From positions 79,461 through 143,460 of the forward strand of contig JAZDNT010000003.1 in NCBI GenBank assembly GCA_043799405.1: a DNA stretch of 64,000 nucleotides, in the 5' to 3' direction. Positions 36,897 to 45,167 of this stretch are shown piece after piece. This DNA comes from Candidatus Kerfeldbacteria bacterium (GTDB lineage Bacteria; Patescibacteriota; Patescibacteriia; SBBC01). Within the stretch, counting starts at the first letter, position 1. Each line of letters opens with the position of its first letter. The position numbers and the translations under genes are program-made. Under the pieces are notes generated by a model. The model saw only the letters and a program-made list of their open reading frames with translations. It was not told where the DNA came from and searched no databases.

Positions 36897-37385
36897 ATGA
36901 AAAAATACCTTGTTCCCCTCTCCGTGTTCATTGCGATACTCCTTGTCGGGGCGGCGTGTTCAAAAAGCACGAAAACGACGACAACGACGAATACGTCCGG
37001 CACAAACACGAACAGCGGGCTCAACCAGAACCTCAATGCTAACACCCTCAATAGTAATTCGAATACTAACGGTTCTGCGGCATCGAACCTCAACACGAAC
37101 AGCACGAATACGTCGGCCACTACGGCGTCAAGCTCCGTTGCTGTTTCATTGGTGAACTTTTCCTTCGTGCCGAGTACGATCACCGTACAGCGCGGAGGCA
37201 CCGTCACCTTCACCAACAACGACTCGACCGGCCACACCGTCCAGGTCGACGGCGGAACTGACCATGCCGTCGCTGCAGGAGCAACGTACACGCTCGATAC
37301 CTCGAACCTCTCGGTCGGCGACCACACGCTCCGCTGCACTATCCATCCGTCTATGACCGGCACGATCACCATCGTGCAAGGATAG
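36897..37385 (+). CDS. cupredoxin-domain lipoprotein (type-1 copper ligand pattern)
   Basis: 162 aa. Lipobox LLVGAACS, an N/T-rich linker, and a cupredoxin core with GHTV ... CTIHPSM (H, C, H, M ligands). Confidence 0.75.
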   Translation: MKKYLVPLSVFIAILLVGAACSKSTKTTTTTNTSGTNTNSGLNQNLNANTLNSNSNTNGSAASNLNTNSTNTSATTASSSVAVSLVNFSFVPSTITVQRGGTVTFTNNDSTGHTVQVDGGTDHAVAAGATYTLDTSNLSVGDHTLRCTIHPSMTGTITIVQG

Positions 37386-37461
37386 AAAGTCCGCGCCTTT
37401 AGCGCGTTACACACCACCCGCTTCCGCCCAGGAGCGGCTGGTGTTTTTATACACTTCCCGA

Positions 37462-38109
37462 TCAGACGAGCGGCATGACCGCGTCCGGCGATTCGTATCG
37501 TGTTGAGTTCACCCTCGGCGTCACCGGGAACATCGTAAGCTGCTCAGAGGGGAACGGACGCAGAAGCTTCAGAGCGTCCAACAGCGCCAGTCCTTTCTGA
37601 AGCCACTGCCCTGCGTCTTCGGGGCGGAACATGACCGGCATACGGTCGTGTACCCTGGCGACGAGGTCATCTGACGGAACCGTGATGATCGAGAACGTCG
37701 GTACGTCCTTCCAGAGCTCCCAGATCCCCGCGTACGCGAACGGGCTTCCGTCCTTCATGGTGATGCGGAACGGGACCTTCTTTCCTCCGCTCCTGTCCCA
37801 CTCGAAAAAACCGTCGGAGAGGACGAGACACCGGCGCTGTTCAACGGCTCGTTTGAACGTCAGTTTAATCGCCACGGTCTCGCTGCGCGCATTAATGAAC
37901 GCATGCGGATTCGGTTTCTTCTGCTCCCATGCCGGAACCAATCCCCAGATGCCGAGTTGGAGCTGCTTCGGAGCAACGTTCAGCACGATAGGCAACCTCT
38001 GCGACGGCGCAGCGTTGAACCGAGGGTTCAGTGGAAAATTAGGCGGTTCAAGTTTAAACCGCGATATCAGAGCTTTCCCGTCAAAGACAAGGGTGTAACG
38101 GCCGCACAT
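37462..38109 (-). CDS. SOS-response-associated peptidase (SRAP/YedK family)
   Basis: 215 aa. Begins MCGRY, with the catalytic Cys2. Confidence 0.9.
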   Translation of the reverse strand: MCGRYTLVFDGKALISRFKLEPPNFPLNPRFNAAPSQRLPIVLNVAPKQLQLGIWGLVPAWEQKKPNPHAFINARSETVAIKLTFKRAVEQRRCLVLSDGFFEWDRSGGKKVPFRITMKDGSPFAYAGIWELWKDVPTFSIITVPSDDLVARVHDRMPVMFRPEDAGQWLQKGLALLDALKLLRPFPSEQLTMFPVTPRVNSTRYESPDAVMPLV

Positions 38110-38149
38110 ATATGACCATCGTAGCGTAACAGCTCATGAAAATACAGAG

Positions 38150-38181
38150 ACGCCTCGGATAGTACTTCCTACCCGAGGCGT
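38150..38181 (-). terminator. intrinsic terminator closing the GC-rich island operon
   Basis: Minus strand: ACGCCTCGG gtaggaagtactat CCGAGGCGT followed by CTCTGTATTTTCAT. Confidence 0.55.
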
Positions 38182-38207
38182 TCAACGATCACCTCCTCCT
38201 GAAAGAA
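38169..38207 (-). pseudogene. possible remnant of the HAD hydrolase 3' end (tentative)
   Basis: Reads FFQEEVIVERLG-stop, against the HAD C-terminus RFQDIVTIIRALG-stop (41009-41050). About 20 of 36 aligned nt are identical, and the differences are mostly third-position changes to G/C. Confidence 0.3.
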
Positions 38208-38213
38208 CGCTAT

Positions 38214-38462
38214 TCATTCGATCGGCTCGTACTCGCGCGCGAACGCGACGCGGCTCATGTCCCTGAACATCTGCAGCGACTCCTGGAGCGTCGGCCCGGT
38301 GTCGACCGTGTCGGCCGGCCCCTCTTCCTGCTGGAACAGCTGTCGCGAGATCAGATCGCTCAGCCGTCCCGTCACCCACAGCGCAGCACGGACGAACAGA
38401 TGAACTGCAACCGTAAGAGCGATCCAGAACCACGGATGGCTAACAACCTCCTTCGCATCCAT
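38214..38462 (-). CDS. small membrane protein
   Basis: 82 aa from ATG 38462, with a TGATG overlap to the upstream stop; alternative ATGs at 38468 and 38477. One TM helix (PWFWIALTVAVHLFVRAALWV). Confidence 0.5.
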   Translation of the reverse strand: MDAKEVVSHPWFWIALTVAVHLFVRAALWVTGRLSDLISRQLFQQEEGPADTVDTGPTLQESLQMFRDMSRVAFAREYEPIE

Positions 38463-38785
38463 CACCATCCCCCGCATTCCATGTTCGTGCGTGCGGCTTG
38501 TTCTCCCCGTCTGCACTGCCAAATGACAATCAGGCAGTACGCGATGAAACCGAGTGCGATGACGCCGGCGACGCACGCGGGTATCCAAGCCATCGGTGAG
38601 TGGTGTTTCCAGATCCAGACGGCAGTAGCGATGGCGAGCAGGACCGCGCTCGTCCATGCAATTGTCTTCGCTTCTGAAATAGCGCCATCGTAGTCTCCAT
38701 ACCGCACGCTCCTGCCGGCTTCCATGAGGCCTCCGAGGACGACCCACAACGCGAGAAAGACGATGACGTACAAGACGATGAACAT
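38462..38785 (-). CDS. small membrane protein (3 TM helices)
   Basis: 107 aa from ATG 38785, with AGGAGG upstream; the ORF opens at 38920. Confidence 0.6.
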   Translation of the reverse strand: MFIVLYVIVFLALWVVLGGLMEAGRSVRYGDYDGAISEAKTIAWTSAVLLAIATAVWIWKHHSPMAWIPACVAGVIALGFIAYCLIVIWQCRRGEQAARTNMECGGW

Positions 38786-38793
38786 GTCGCCTC

Positions 38794-39327
38794 CTACACC
38801 CTGCGGATATCCCGAGAACGCGTCACCGGCTCCCCTGCCTTCGTGACCGGACCGAGCGCCACGAAGAACTGCAGGAACTGGGCGATATCCACGCCGTGGA
38901 GACGAGACGCGCGCTTCCACTCCCTCAGGATGCGCCTGCGGTTGAGTGTGTAGACCGTCTGTCTCCGAACGTAGCGGAGACCCGTCTGCGACCGCCAGAG
39001 CTTCCGGGCAAGACGCTCCGCGTCATCGGTTATAACGCGCGGTTTGCCCACGCGCCAGCCGGCAAACCTCCCGGAACGCACCCGGAACGTCTGCTCCTTG
39101 CCGGAATGCGTGAGCTCCTGATAGTGCCGCTGAGCAGCCTGGCACAGCTGCTCGAACTCCCGATCGCGCAGCCTCGTGAGTTCCATCATCGTCTCGAGCA
39201 TCCGCTGCTCGGTCTGCTGGATCCTCTGCTCACGCAGCTTGAGCCGCGCGATTCGGGCATTCAGCGCCGTGCGCGCCCTGTCCACCGCTTGTGCCTCCCT
39301 GGTCCTGCGGGCTTTACTCCGAGCCAT
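38794..39327 (-). CDS. phage Mu Gam-like host-nuclease inhibitor family protein
   Basis: 177 aa. N-terminal coiled coil, then YQELTHSGKEQTFRVRSGRFAGWRVGKPRVI...YVRRQTVYTLNRRRIL. This parallels Mu Gam DELTNGGKVKTANLVTGDVSWRVRPPSVSI...FIRTKQEINKEAIL (alignment from memory). Confidence 0.55.
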   Translation of the reverse strand: MARSKARRTREAQAVDRARTALNARIARLKLREQRIQQTEQRMLETMMELTRLRDREFEQLCQAAQRHYQELTHSGKEQTFRVRSGRFAGWRVGKPRVITDDAERLARKLWRSQTGLRYVRRQTVYTLNRRRILREWKRASRLHGVDIAQFLQFFVALGPVTKAGEPVTRSRDIRRV

Positions 39328-39458
39328 GAGTCACCTCCGGTCTGGAACACAACAGCTCGCATCCCTCAAACATGAATGTGAAAGGACGCGACGTTCAAGA
39401 AAACCACGTGGTACTAGATCGTCGCTACCCTACACCCGGTTTTCCTCACTGTCAATTG

Positions 39459-39487
39459 TTGACGGTTCCCCAGCTTCTTGCTAGGGT
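39459..39487 (+). promoter_or_regulatory. candidate promoter TTGACG-17-TAGGGT with an overlapping palindrome
   Basis: The -35 element lies within GTCAA-TTG-TTGAC (39451-39463). Confidence 0.4.
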
Positions 39488-39551
39488 CGTGACGATCCGC
39501 TCGCTGAGAATCCGAACATCCACACACTGCAAAGACGAAGGAGGTGAGACC

Positions 39552-40166
39552 ATGGCTGCACGGGATGTACCGCTCGCGAGGTACCTCGCGGCGATCGCTG
39601 AACACTTCGGGTGCGACGTGAGGCCGACGAGAACATCGAACCTCGACTTCGTCCCCGACAGTCTTCCGACAATCGAGTATCCCCAGCTCGGAAGCAGGTT
39701 CGTCGTCATGAAAGTTGCTGACGGCAGAAGCCCAGTCGCAACGATCATGGCTTTCCCATTCCTCTCGGGGAGCGTCACAGAGCTCTACGCCGAGCTCGAG
39801 AAGGGGCTACCGAGACTCTGGCACCGCGTCCAGAACGGAACGTGGCGTTCGGAGATCAGGGCACCGAAACCGGCAAGGGAACAGAGAATCGTCCGCCTTT
39901 CGCCGAAACGGGCGAGCATCTACCTCGCAACGAAGCGCCTCGTCTCCAACGGCTACGGTCTCCCTAACCTCCCTGCAAAGATCGCAGAGCAGTTCGGAAA
40001 GCAGGCAGGATGGCACGTCACGGCGCTCCGGCAGCAGAAGTTGCTCACGATCCGCGACGGCAGATGGTACGTGAACACCGATGTCACGGCGCTGGACCAA
40101 TCTGGTAAGCCCCTGGAAGCGCCAGTGGAGCCCGAAAAGCCAGTTCTCGCGGATGACGAGGAGTAG
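39552..40166 (+). CDS. hypothetical protein, possible C-terminal winged-helix
   Basis: 204 aa from ATG 39552, with GAAGGAGGTGAG upstream; the ORF opens at 39372. Confidence 0.6.
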   Translation: MAARDVPLARYLAAIAEHFGCDVRPTRTSNLDFVPDSLPTIEYPQLGSRFVVMKVADGRSPVATIMAFPFLSGSVTELYAELEKGLPRLWHRVQNGTWRSEIRAPKPAREQRIVRLSPKRASIYLATKRLVSNGYGLPNLPAKIAEQFGKQAGWHVTALRQQKLLTIRDGRWYVNTDVTALDQSGKPLEAPVEPEKPVLADDEE

Positions 40167-40229
40167 GGTTTGGGACGTAACCCGATGCCAATGAACGGAG
40201 GAACGCTCGTGCAAAGAACGTAAGGAGGG

Positions 40230-40254
40230 ACCCCGACACGATTCTGTGCCGGGG
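40230..40254 (+). terminator. hairpin terminator
   Basis: CCCCGACAC gattct GTGCCGGGG followed by TTCTTCG. Confidence 0.45.
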
Positions 40255-40319
40255 TTCTTCGAATATGTGAACAGTGTTCCTGAATTCCTTACCTGATGCT
40301 TTACACGACAGTACGAAGG

Positions 40320-40348
40320 TTGACATACCCCCTAGAACGTGCTATTTT
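40320..40348 (+). promoter_or_regulatory. candidate promoter TTGACA-17-TATTTT
   Basis: Consensus -35 with correct spacing, upstream of the 40403 gene. Confidence 0.45.
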
Positions 40349-40402
40349 CCCCTATCACTTCAAACACAACAAACGCCAACACACACCACGGAGGGCCGTA
40401 CC

Positions 40403-40942
40403 TTGGACAAACTGACGAGCGTGATACCGGCGACGTCGCTGTCGCTTGGGCTCGGAAGCGACTACGGGCTCACCAACGGCGGCGGATCGATGCCGACCGT
40501 CTGCATGAACTTCCCGCCGCTGTGGGCGGAGGTTATCGCGAGCGGACTGCTCCGTCCGTATGCGAGGCTCGAGGACTGCTTCGTCGGCATGCGCCAGAAC
40601 GGCAAGTACTTCGAGGTCGGCGCGTACTGCGTCGTCGAGGTCCCTGTACCGACCGAGCTCCGGCTCGAGGGTCTCGAGATCCCGGATCGCGGGACGTTCA
40701 TCATCGGGACGGACGCAGACATTCCGATCGACGGCGTGATCATGTTCATTGAAGGCAGACAGCGCATGCCGCGACCCGAGTTCTTCCTCACCGTCGGTAT
40801 CGAGGATCCCCGCCCCCGCTTCACCCCAATGCTCACCGACCGCTGGAAGGTGACGCTCGACCGCATGCTCGGCGACGAGCTTCACGAGCGCGTCAGCCGA
40901 CGCCTCGGTCTCCCGCCTTCCATGCTCATCACGCGGCGGTAG
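40403..40942 (+). CDS. hypothetical protein
   Basis: About 179 aa if the start is TTG 40403, which has GGAGGG 8 nt upstream. Alternative start ATG 40490. The ORF opens at 40274. Confidence 0.5.
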   Translation: MDKLTSVIPATSLSLGLGSDYGLTNGGGSMPTVCMNFPPLWAEVIASGLLRPYARLEDCFVGMRQNGKYFEVGAYCVVEVPVPTELRLEGLEIPDRGTFIIGTDADIPIDGVIMFIEGRQRMPRPEFFLTVGIEDPRPRFTPMLTDRWKVTLDRMLGDELHERVSRRLGLPPSMLITRR

Positions 40943-40957
40943 TCAGCGCCGTCCACC

Positions 40958-40992
40958 AAAAAACCCGCCCCGGGTCTTCGAAAGATCCGGGG
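40958..40992 (-). terminator. intrinsic terminator of the HAD hydrolase gene
   Basis: 11-bp stem (40968-40978 / 40982-40992), followed on the minus strand by GGGTTTTTTGG. Confidence 0.6.
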
Positions 40993-41008
40993 TGGAAACT
41001 GTTGCTCG

Positions 41009-41632
41009 TTATCCAAGCGCTCGAATGATTGTTACGATATCCTGAAAACGAGAGACTGTCTTGTGACTCCCTGAAACCACTTCGGTGCTGTAGTGTATCA
41101 TTTTCATCCCAGCGGCACGGGCAGCGTCGATATCCGCCTGCATATCGCCGACGTACACGCACTCGTCAGGATTGACCTTGAGCCTTCGGGCTGCCACAAG
41201 CAAGGGCTCTGGGTCTGGTTTATGAACAGTCGTATCTTCAAACCCGACCAAAACCTCGAAAAACGAGCGAATATCCAGAAACGTCAGTACTCCCTCCATC
41301 GCTGCGTGCGTCCTCGCTGAAACCGCTGCTAAACGATATTTTGTAGACAGTGACCGCACGGTCTCGGTAGCGTCTTTTGGTACTTCAAAAAGTTCCTGGC
41401 GTTGGGGCAAGGATTGCAAATATTCAAACACGCGTTCAACCTGCTCGTCCGAGATTGTAGGTAAATAATATCGGATGAATCTTTTTGCCGGCATATGATG
41501 TACTTCGGCAAGATCCTTTTCAGCCGGCGGAGCATACCCAAAATGCGAAAACGCCCGCTGGTAGTGTTCTGTATTCGCCTTAAGCGAATCCAACAGCACT
41601 CCGTCGATATCGAAGAGAACCGCGCGGATCAT
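41009..41632 (-). CDS. HAD-superfamily hydrolase (phosphatase)
   Basis: 207 aa from ATG 41632. Motif I LFDIDGVLLDS. Motif IV YVGDMQADIDAARAAGM. Confidence 0.88.
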   Translation of the reverse strand: MIRAVLFDIDGVLLDSLKANTEHYQRAFSHFGYAPPAEKDLAEVHHMPAKRFIRYYLPTISDEQVERVFEYLQSLPQRQELFEVPKDATETVRSLSTKYRLAAVSARTHAAMEGVLTFLDIRSFFEVLVGFEDTTVHKPDPEPLLVAARRLKVNPDECVYVGDMQADIDAARAAGMKMIHYSTEVVSGSHKTVSRFQDIVTIIRALG

Positions 41633-41745
41633 GCATCCAGTATGACATACCACCACGAAAAAACACACTTTGGTCGTGTGCGAACGTGTTGAGGGCCCGC
41701 CGAGACAGTTGTCCCAGCAGGCCCCGTGATGTGCTTCCTCCTTCT

Positions 41746-43278
41746 TCAGACGCTCTGCTTCGCGAAGCAGAGCGCGTCAAACTTCTCCTCGATGTGGTCG
41801 CGCCAGTAGCCGGCGATCATCGGGCCACCCGTCGCGTCGGCGAGCAGCTCGTTCGTCGTACAGACGAGACCGAACGGATAGACCTTCTCGGCAAGCCACG
41901 CACGGAGCGACCCGAAGTCGCCGCCTTCCCACTCCGCCTCCCAGTCCGGGCAGGCGGCACGGTACGTCGCCATCAGCTGCGCGGCGATCAGCATACCGCG
42001 GGCGTAGGAGTTGAAGCCGCCGAACCACCCGCCGTACCAGTGCGGATCCTTCATGACGCCTTCGGCGTCGGTCGGCGGTTCGATGCCGAGGTACTCGCGC
42101 ATCTTCGCCCCCCACGCCTCCGGAAGGTCCTTCACCGAGAGCCGCCCCGACAGGAGCTCTTGCTCGAGCTCCGTCCGCATGATGATGTGGAGCGGGTACA
42201 TGATCTCGCAGGCGTCGACGCGGATCGGCGTCGGCACGATCGCGTTGGCAGCCCTGTAGAGCTCCATGGGATTGCAGCCCGAGAACTCCGGCACGGTCTT
42301 CACGAGGTACTTGATGAAGGGCAAGCTGCGCCCCAGGAAAACCTCGACGAGCCGACTCTGCGCCTCGTGGTTGCTGTGCGAGCCGCAGAACAGCTTGTTC
42401 CGGTCGGGCATGGTGAAGCTCAGCAGCGCCGGATCGCGGCCCTGCTCGAACATCCCATGACCGGCTTCGTGCAGGAGTCCGTAGATCGCCTTTGCCGGGT
42501 TCTTCGGGTCGTACCACGTGCTGATGACGACCGCGCCCGGCGCAAGCGTCTCCATGAACGGGTGATCGACGCTAGCGAGCAACCCGCTGCTGAAGTCGAA
42601 ACCGACCGCAGCTGCGAGACCCTCCACGAGCTGCCGCTGCCGCGTGAGGGAAACCTCACGATGGAGCGAATCGGTCAGCATCGGCCGGCCTTCCCTCCAG
42701 TACCGCTCGAGGAACGGGATGAGCCATCCTTTGAGCTCGCCGTACGTCTCGCGCAGCTCGTTGACCGTCAGACCGACGTCGAAGCTCGGCAGGATGGCGT
42801 CGTAGAGGGAATCGCTGTCGTCCAGTTCCCCGCCGAGACACACTGCTCGTTCCCGTACGCAGTCCAGGATCGCGGCGAAGTGCGGCGCGAGCAGCTGCCA
42901 GTCGTTCTTCTCCCTCGCTTCCTTCCGAGCCGCCTGCGCTCGCGAGATGATCGCCGCTTCGTCCCCCACGAGCTTCGCGGGCAACGCGCGCGCCCTCTTC
43001 CAGGAGAGCTGGAGCCGACGGACGAGCCGCTCCTCGTGGATGGAGAGTCCGTCGAAACCGACCCGGTCCATCTCCTCGAGCGCCTCACCGATGCCGTCGG
43101 ACGTGAACGCCCTGTGCGACTCCTCGGCGAGGACGCCGGAGATCTGGTCCCACGTCGCCTGCGCCCCGCGTGGCATCACCGTGTTCTCGAAGACCTCGCT
43201 TCCGATCCTCACGTAGCCGAGCACCGCCAGCAACTTGAGTTGTGCCGTCAACCTGTCAAAGGACTCTCTCGCACTCAT
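41746..43278 (-). CDS. M32 carboxypeptidase (Taq-type metallocarboxypeptidase)
   Basis: 510 aa from ATG 43278, with GGGGAGGG upstream. HEAGHGMFEQG, HSNHEAQSRL, IRVDACEIMYPLHIIMRTELE. GC-rich. Confidence 0.88.
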   Translation of the reverse strand: MSARESFDRLTAQLKLLAVLGYVRIGSEVFENTVMPRGAQATWDQISGVLAEESHRAFTSDGIGEALEEMDRVGFDGLSIHEERLVRRLQLSWKRARALPAKLVGDEAAIISRAQAARKEAREKNDWQLLAPHFAAILDCVRERAVCLGGELDDSDSLYDAILPSFDVGLTVNELRETYGELKGWLIPFLERYWREGRPMLTDSLHREVSLTRQRQLVEGLAAAVGFDFSSGLLASVDHPFMETLAPGAVVISTWYDPKNPAKAIYGLLHEAGHGMFEQGRDPALLSFTMPDRNKLFCGSHSNHEAQSRLVEVFLGRSLPFIKYLVKTVPEFSGCNPMELYRAANAIVPTPIRVDACEIMYPLHIIMRTELEQELLSGRLSVKDLPEAWGAKMREYLGIEPPTDAEGVMKDPHWYGGWFGGFNSYARGMLIAAQLMATYRAACPDWEAEWEGGDFGSLRAWLAEKVYPFGLVCTTNELLADATGGPMIAGYWRDHIEEKFDALCFAKQSV

Positions 43279-43407
43279 CGTGCGACCCTCCCCTTGGTGA
43301 TTGGTTGCTACCAATGGAGACCGAAATCTCCGTTCCCAAGACGTCCGCACCCTAACACCTGACCTCGGGGAGGTCAAGGTCAAAAAAAAGTTAGGCGGGT
43401 TATATGC

Positions 43408-43608
43408 TTATCCGATCAGTCCATTGATATCCAACGACTTCATGTAACTCGGCAGCACGAACGCCATCGCGATGAGCGGAAGCACGATGAGCGCGATCGT
43501 GATGATCATCGTCCACTTATAGATCACCCATACGCGCCGCATAGTCGCAGCCATTTCATCGACCTTCTTTTCGAGTTCAGCAAGGCGTTTGTCGAGGTCA
43601 GGGTCCAT
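43408..43608 (-). CDS. small tail-anchored membrane protein
   Basis: 66 aa. MDPDLDKRLAELEKKVDEM followed by a TM helix. Confidence 0.55.
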   Translation of the reverse strand: MDPDLDKRLAELEKKVDEMAATMRRVWVIYKWTMIITIALIVLPLIAMAFVLPSYMKSLDINGLIG

Positions 43609-43629
43609 GCCGATATACTATCACAAAAA

Positions 43630-43920
43630 TCAATAAAGTCGACTAGTAAGGTCATACCACAATGGATTCAACGATTCGATTAGTTTGATTTTCTTACTGC
43701 GACGCCAATCCTTTATTCGTTTTTCTGCTGTAATAGCCTCATACGCCGTAGAATATTCTTCAACGTACACCAAACGGCACGCATTGTATCGATAGGTGAA
43801 GCTGTCACGGAACTGGCCGCTGCGGTGTTCCGCAATGCGGCGTGCGATATCGTTGGTGATGCCGGTATAGAAAACCGTCCGGCGTTCGTTGCAGAGGATG
43901 TAGACAAAGAAACGGCGCAT
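43630..43920 (-). CDS. GIY-YIG nuclease family protein
   Basis: 96 aa. FFVYILCNERRTVFYTGITNDIARRIAEHRSG. Confidence 0.88.
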   Translation of the reverse strand: MRRFFVYILCNERRTVFYTGITNDIARRIAEHRSGQFRDSFTYRYNACRLVYVEEYSTAYEAITAEKRIKDWRRSKKIKLIESLNPLWYDLTSRLY

Positions 43921-43953
43921 GGTGTCCTTTACGCCGCCGACTGTCTACAAATA

Positions 43954-43981
43954 GTATTAATCACCGATGACCGAGAGTCAA
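43954..43981 (-). promoter_or_regulatory. candidate promoter TTGACT-16-TAATAC
   Basis: Read on the minus strand, about 30 nt upstream of the GIY-YIG ATG. Confidence 0.35.
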
Positions 43982-43985
43982 GCCA

Positions 43986-44104
43986 CGGGACTTCTCGGCT
44001 TCGCCTCGAAGTGACAGTTATCTACAAGTCGTCACCTCGAGCAACCGCGAGAGGTCCCGACGATGTGCGTTTATGGACAATAACAGCAATCTCTAGAAGT
44101 CCCG
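43986..44104 (-). ncRNA. candidate structured RNA element (function unknown)
   Basis: Outer 10-bp stem CGGGACTTCT (43986-43995) / AGAAGTCCCG (44095-44104). Inner 11-bp hairpin 44005-44015 / 44031-44041. The inner hairpin is fully paired only on the minus strand, where a G-U pair replaces the A-C mismatch seen on the plus strand. Confidence 0.25.
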
Positions 44105-44190
44105 TTAATCAGCTCTTCGTGGTCTGATATTTCTTCAAGAGTTTGTTCAATTCCACTACAAGCGGCCTGTGCCAGTCGTCCACGAGTTGA

Positions 44191-44307
44191 TTACTTACCG
44201 CTTGCGAATAAATATATCAACACCAATATCGCCACAACAACATATATATAAAATAATTGGACAATTAGACCCTCATGCTTTGAGCGTGGTCCTTTAATTC
44301 CCTTCAT
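44191..44307 (-). CDS. possible 38-aa membrane peptide
   Basis: MKGIKGPRSKHEGLIVQLFYIYVVVAILVLIYLFASGK. The ATG lies 4 nt after the stop of the gyrB remnant. Below the ORF-track size cutoff. Confidence 0.3.
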   Translation of the reverse strand: MKGIKGPRSKHEGLIVQLFYIYVVVAILVLIYLFASGK

Positions 44308-44310
44308 TTC

Positions 44311-44449
44311 TTAAATATCCAAATTCTGCCCACTCTTCGCGTGTGTCGTGATGAAACGCTTGCACGGCGTGACCTCGGCACCCATAAGGATGCCGAAAAT
44401 CTCGTCAGCCTTGTCTGCGTCCTCGATCGTGACCTGCTTCATGATGCGG
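44311..44449 (-). pseudogene. displaced copy of the gyrB 3' end (45 codons plus stop)
   Basis: Reads [45 protein letters not shown]-stop, against true Gyr[46 protein letters not shown]-stop (45835-45973). About 117 of 139 nt are identical by hand alignment. Confidence 0.85.
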
Positions 44450-44467
44450 GACGCCGGCGCCAAGTAT

Positions 44468-45103
44468 CTACTTCGTAAATTTCAGGCTCTTGATGATCGA
44501 ATCAACCTGGGCCGAGTACGTGGCATATGCGGACTGGGGAGCCATGAACGTTACGCTGTAGTAATTTAATTTGCGGACGTAGGAAAAGACGCCAAAGGTA
44601 TAGGTGCTACCCTCCATGGTGCAGGTCACGACCGCCCGACCGCCGATATAACCACCGATGGTTTTTTTAAAAGCCCGGTCAAGAACACAGGTAGCAGTGG
44701 GAAACTGTGTCTGTAAACTGGTCAGGAGTAGCTGGCCATAATCCTTGGGGTGCTTCAGTAAGGTATGACTAGCGGTGTCGGCCTGTTTTTGGGTCTTGTA
44801 CTTTGTCACGGCAAACAGCCATTCAACGCTTGTGTTGTCGGCTGGCTGGGCCGCAAAAAGTATACCTGCTGGAGGAGTTAACTTTACCCACCCCGTTGGC
44901 AAGGTCAGCGTAAACCCGTTCTTTTTACTGGTGTACGATTTACCCTGAATGCTGACGGTCCCGGCCTGAGAGTGGAGCTGGCTGATAATCGGCTGTAGCG
45001 TCTTTACCAGCTGATCGGTAGGACTAGAAGACGCTGAAGCGATCTGTCCGGGCAACAGAAGTGCCGCGGCGATTATCGCACTGAGCACTGCGTATTTTGG
45101 CAT
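44468..45103 (-). CDS. secreted hypothetical protein (DcrB/PsbP-like pattern, tentative)
   Basis: 211 aa from ATG 45103; the ORF opens at TTG 45136. Signal peptide MPKYAVLSAIIAAALLLPGQIASA. FTLTLPTGWVKL. Confidence 0.6.
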   Translation of the reverse strand: MPKYAVLSAIIAAALLLPGQIASASSSPTDQLVKTLQPIISQLHSQAGTVSIQGKSYTSKKNGFTLTLPTGWVKLTPPAGILFAAQPADNTSVEWLFAVTKYKTQKQADTASHTLLKHPKDYGQLLLTSLQTQFPTATCVLDRAFKKTIGGYIGGRAVVTCTMEGSTYTFGVFSYVRKLNYYSVTFMAPQSAYATYSAQVDSIIKSLKFTK

Positions 45104-45167
45104 ATTGTTCTGGTTAAATAATGAGCTTGTGGACAAACTGACAATCTAATCGTACCACTACAAGCAA

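Noticed and set aside
41686-43362. 558-aa plus-strand ORF.
   Set aside because: It mirrors the M32 carboxypeptidase gene in a GC-rich region. Its product is R/L/V/E/H/P-rich with no motifs, while the minus-strand frame carries HEAGH and other M32 signatures.
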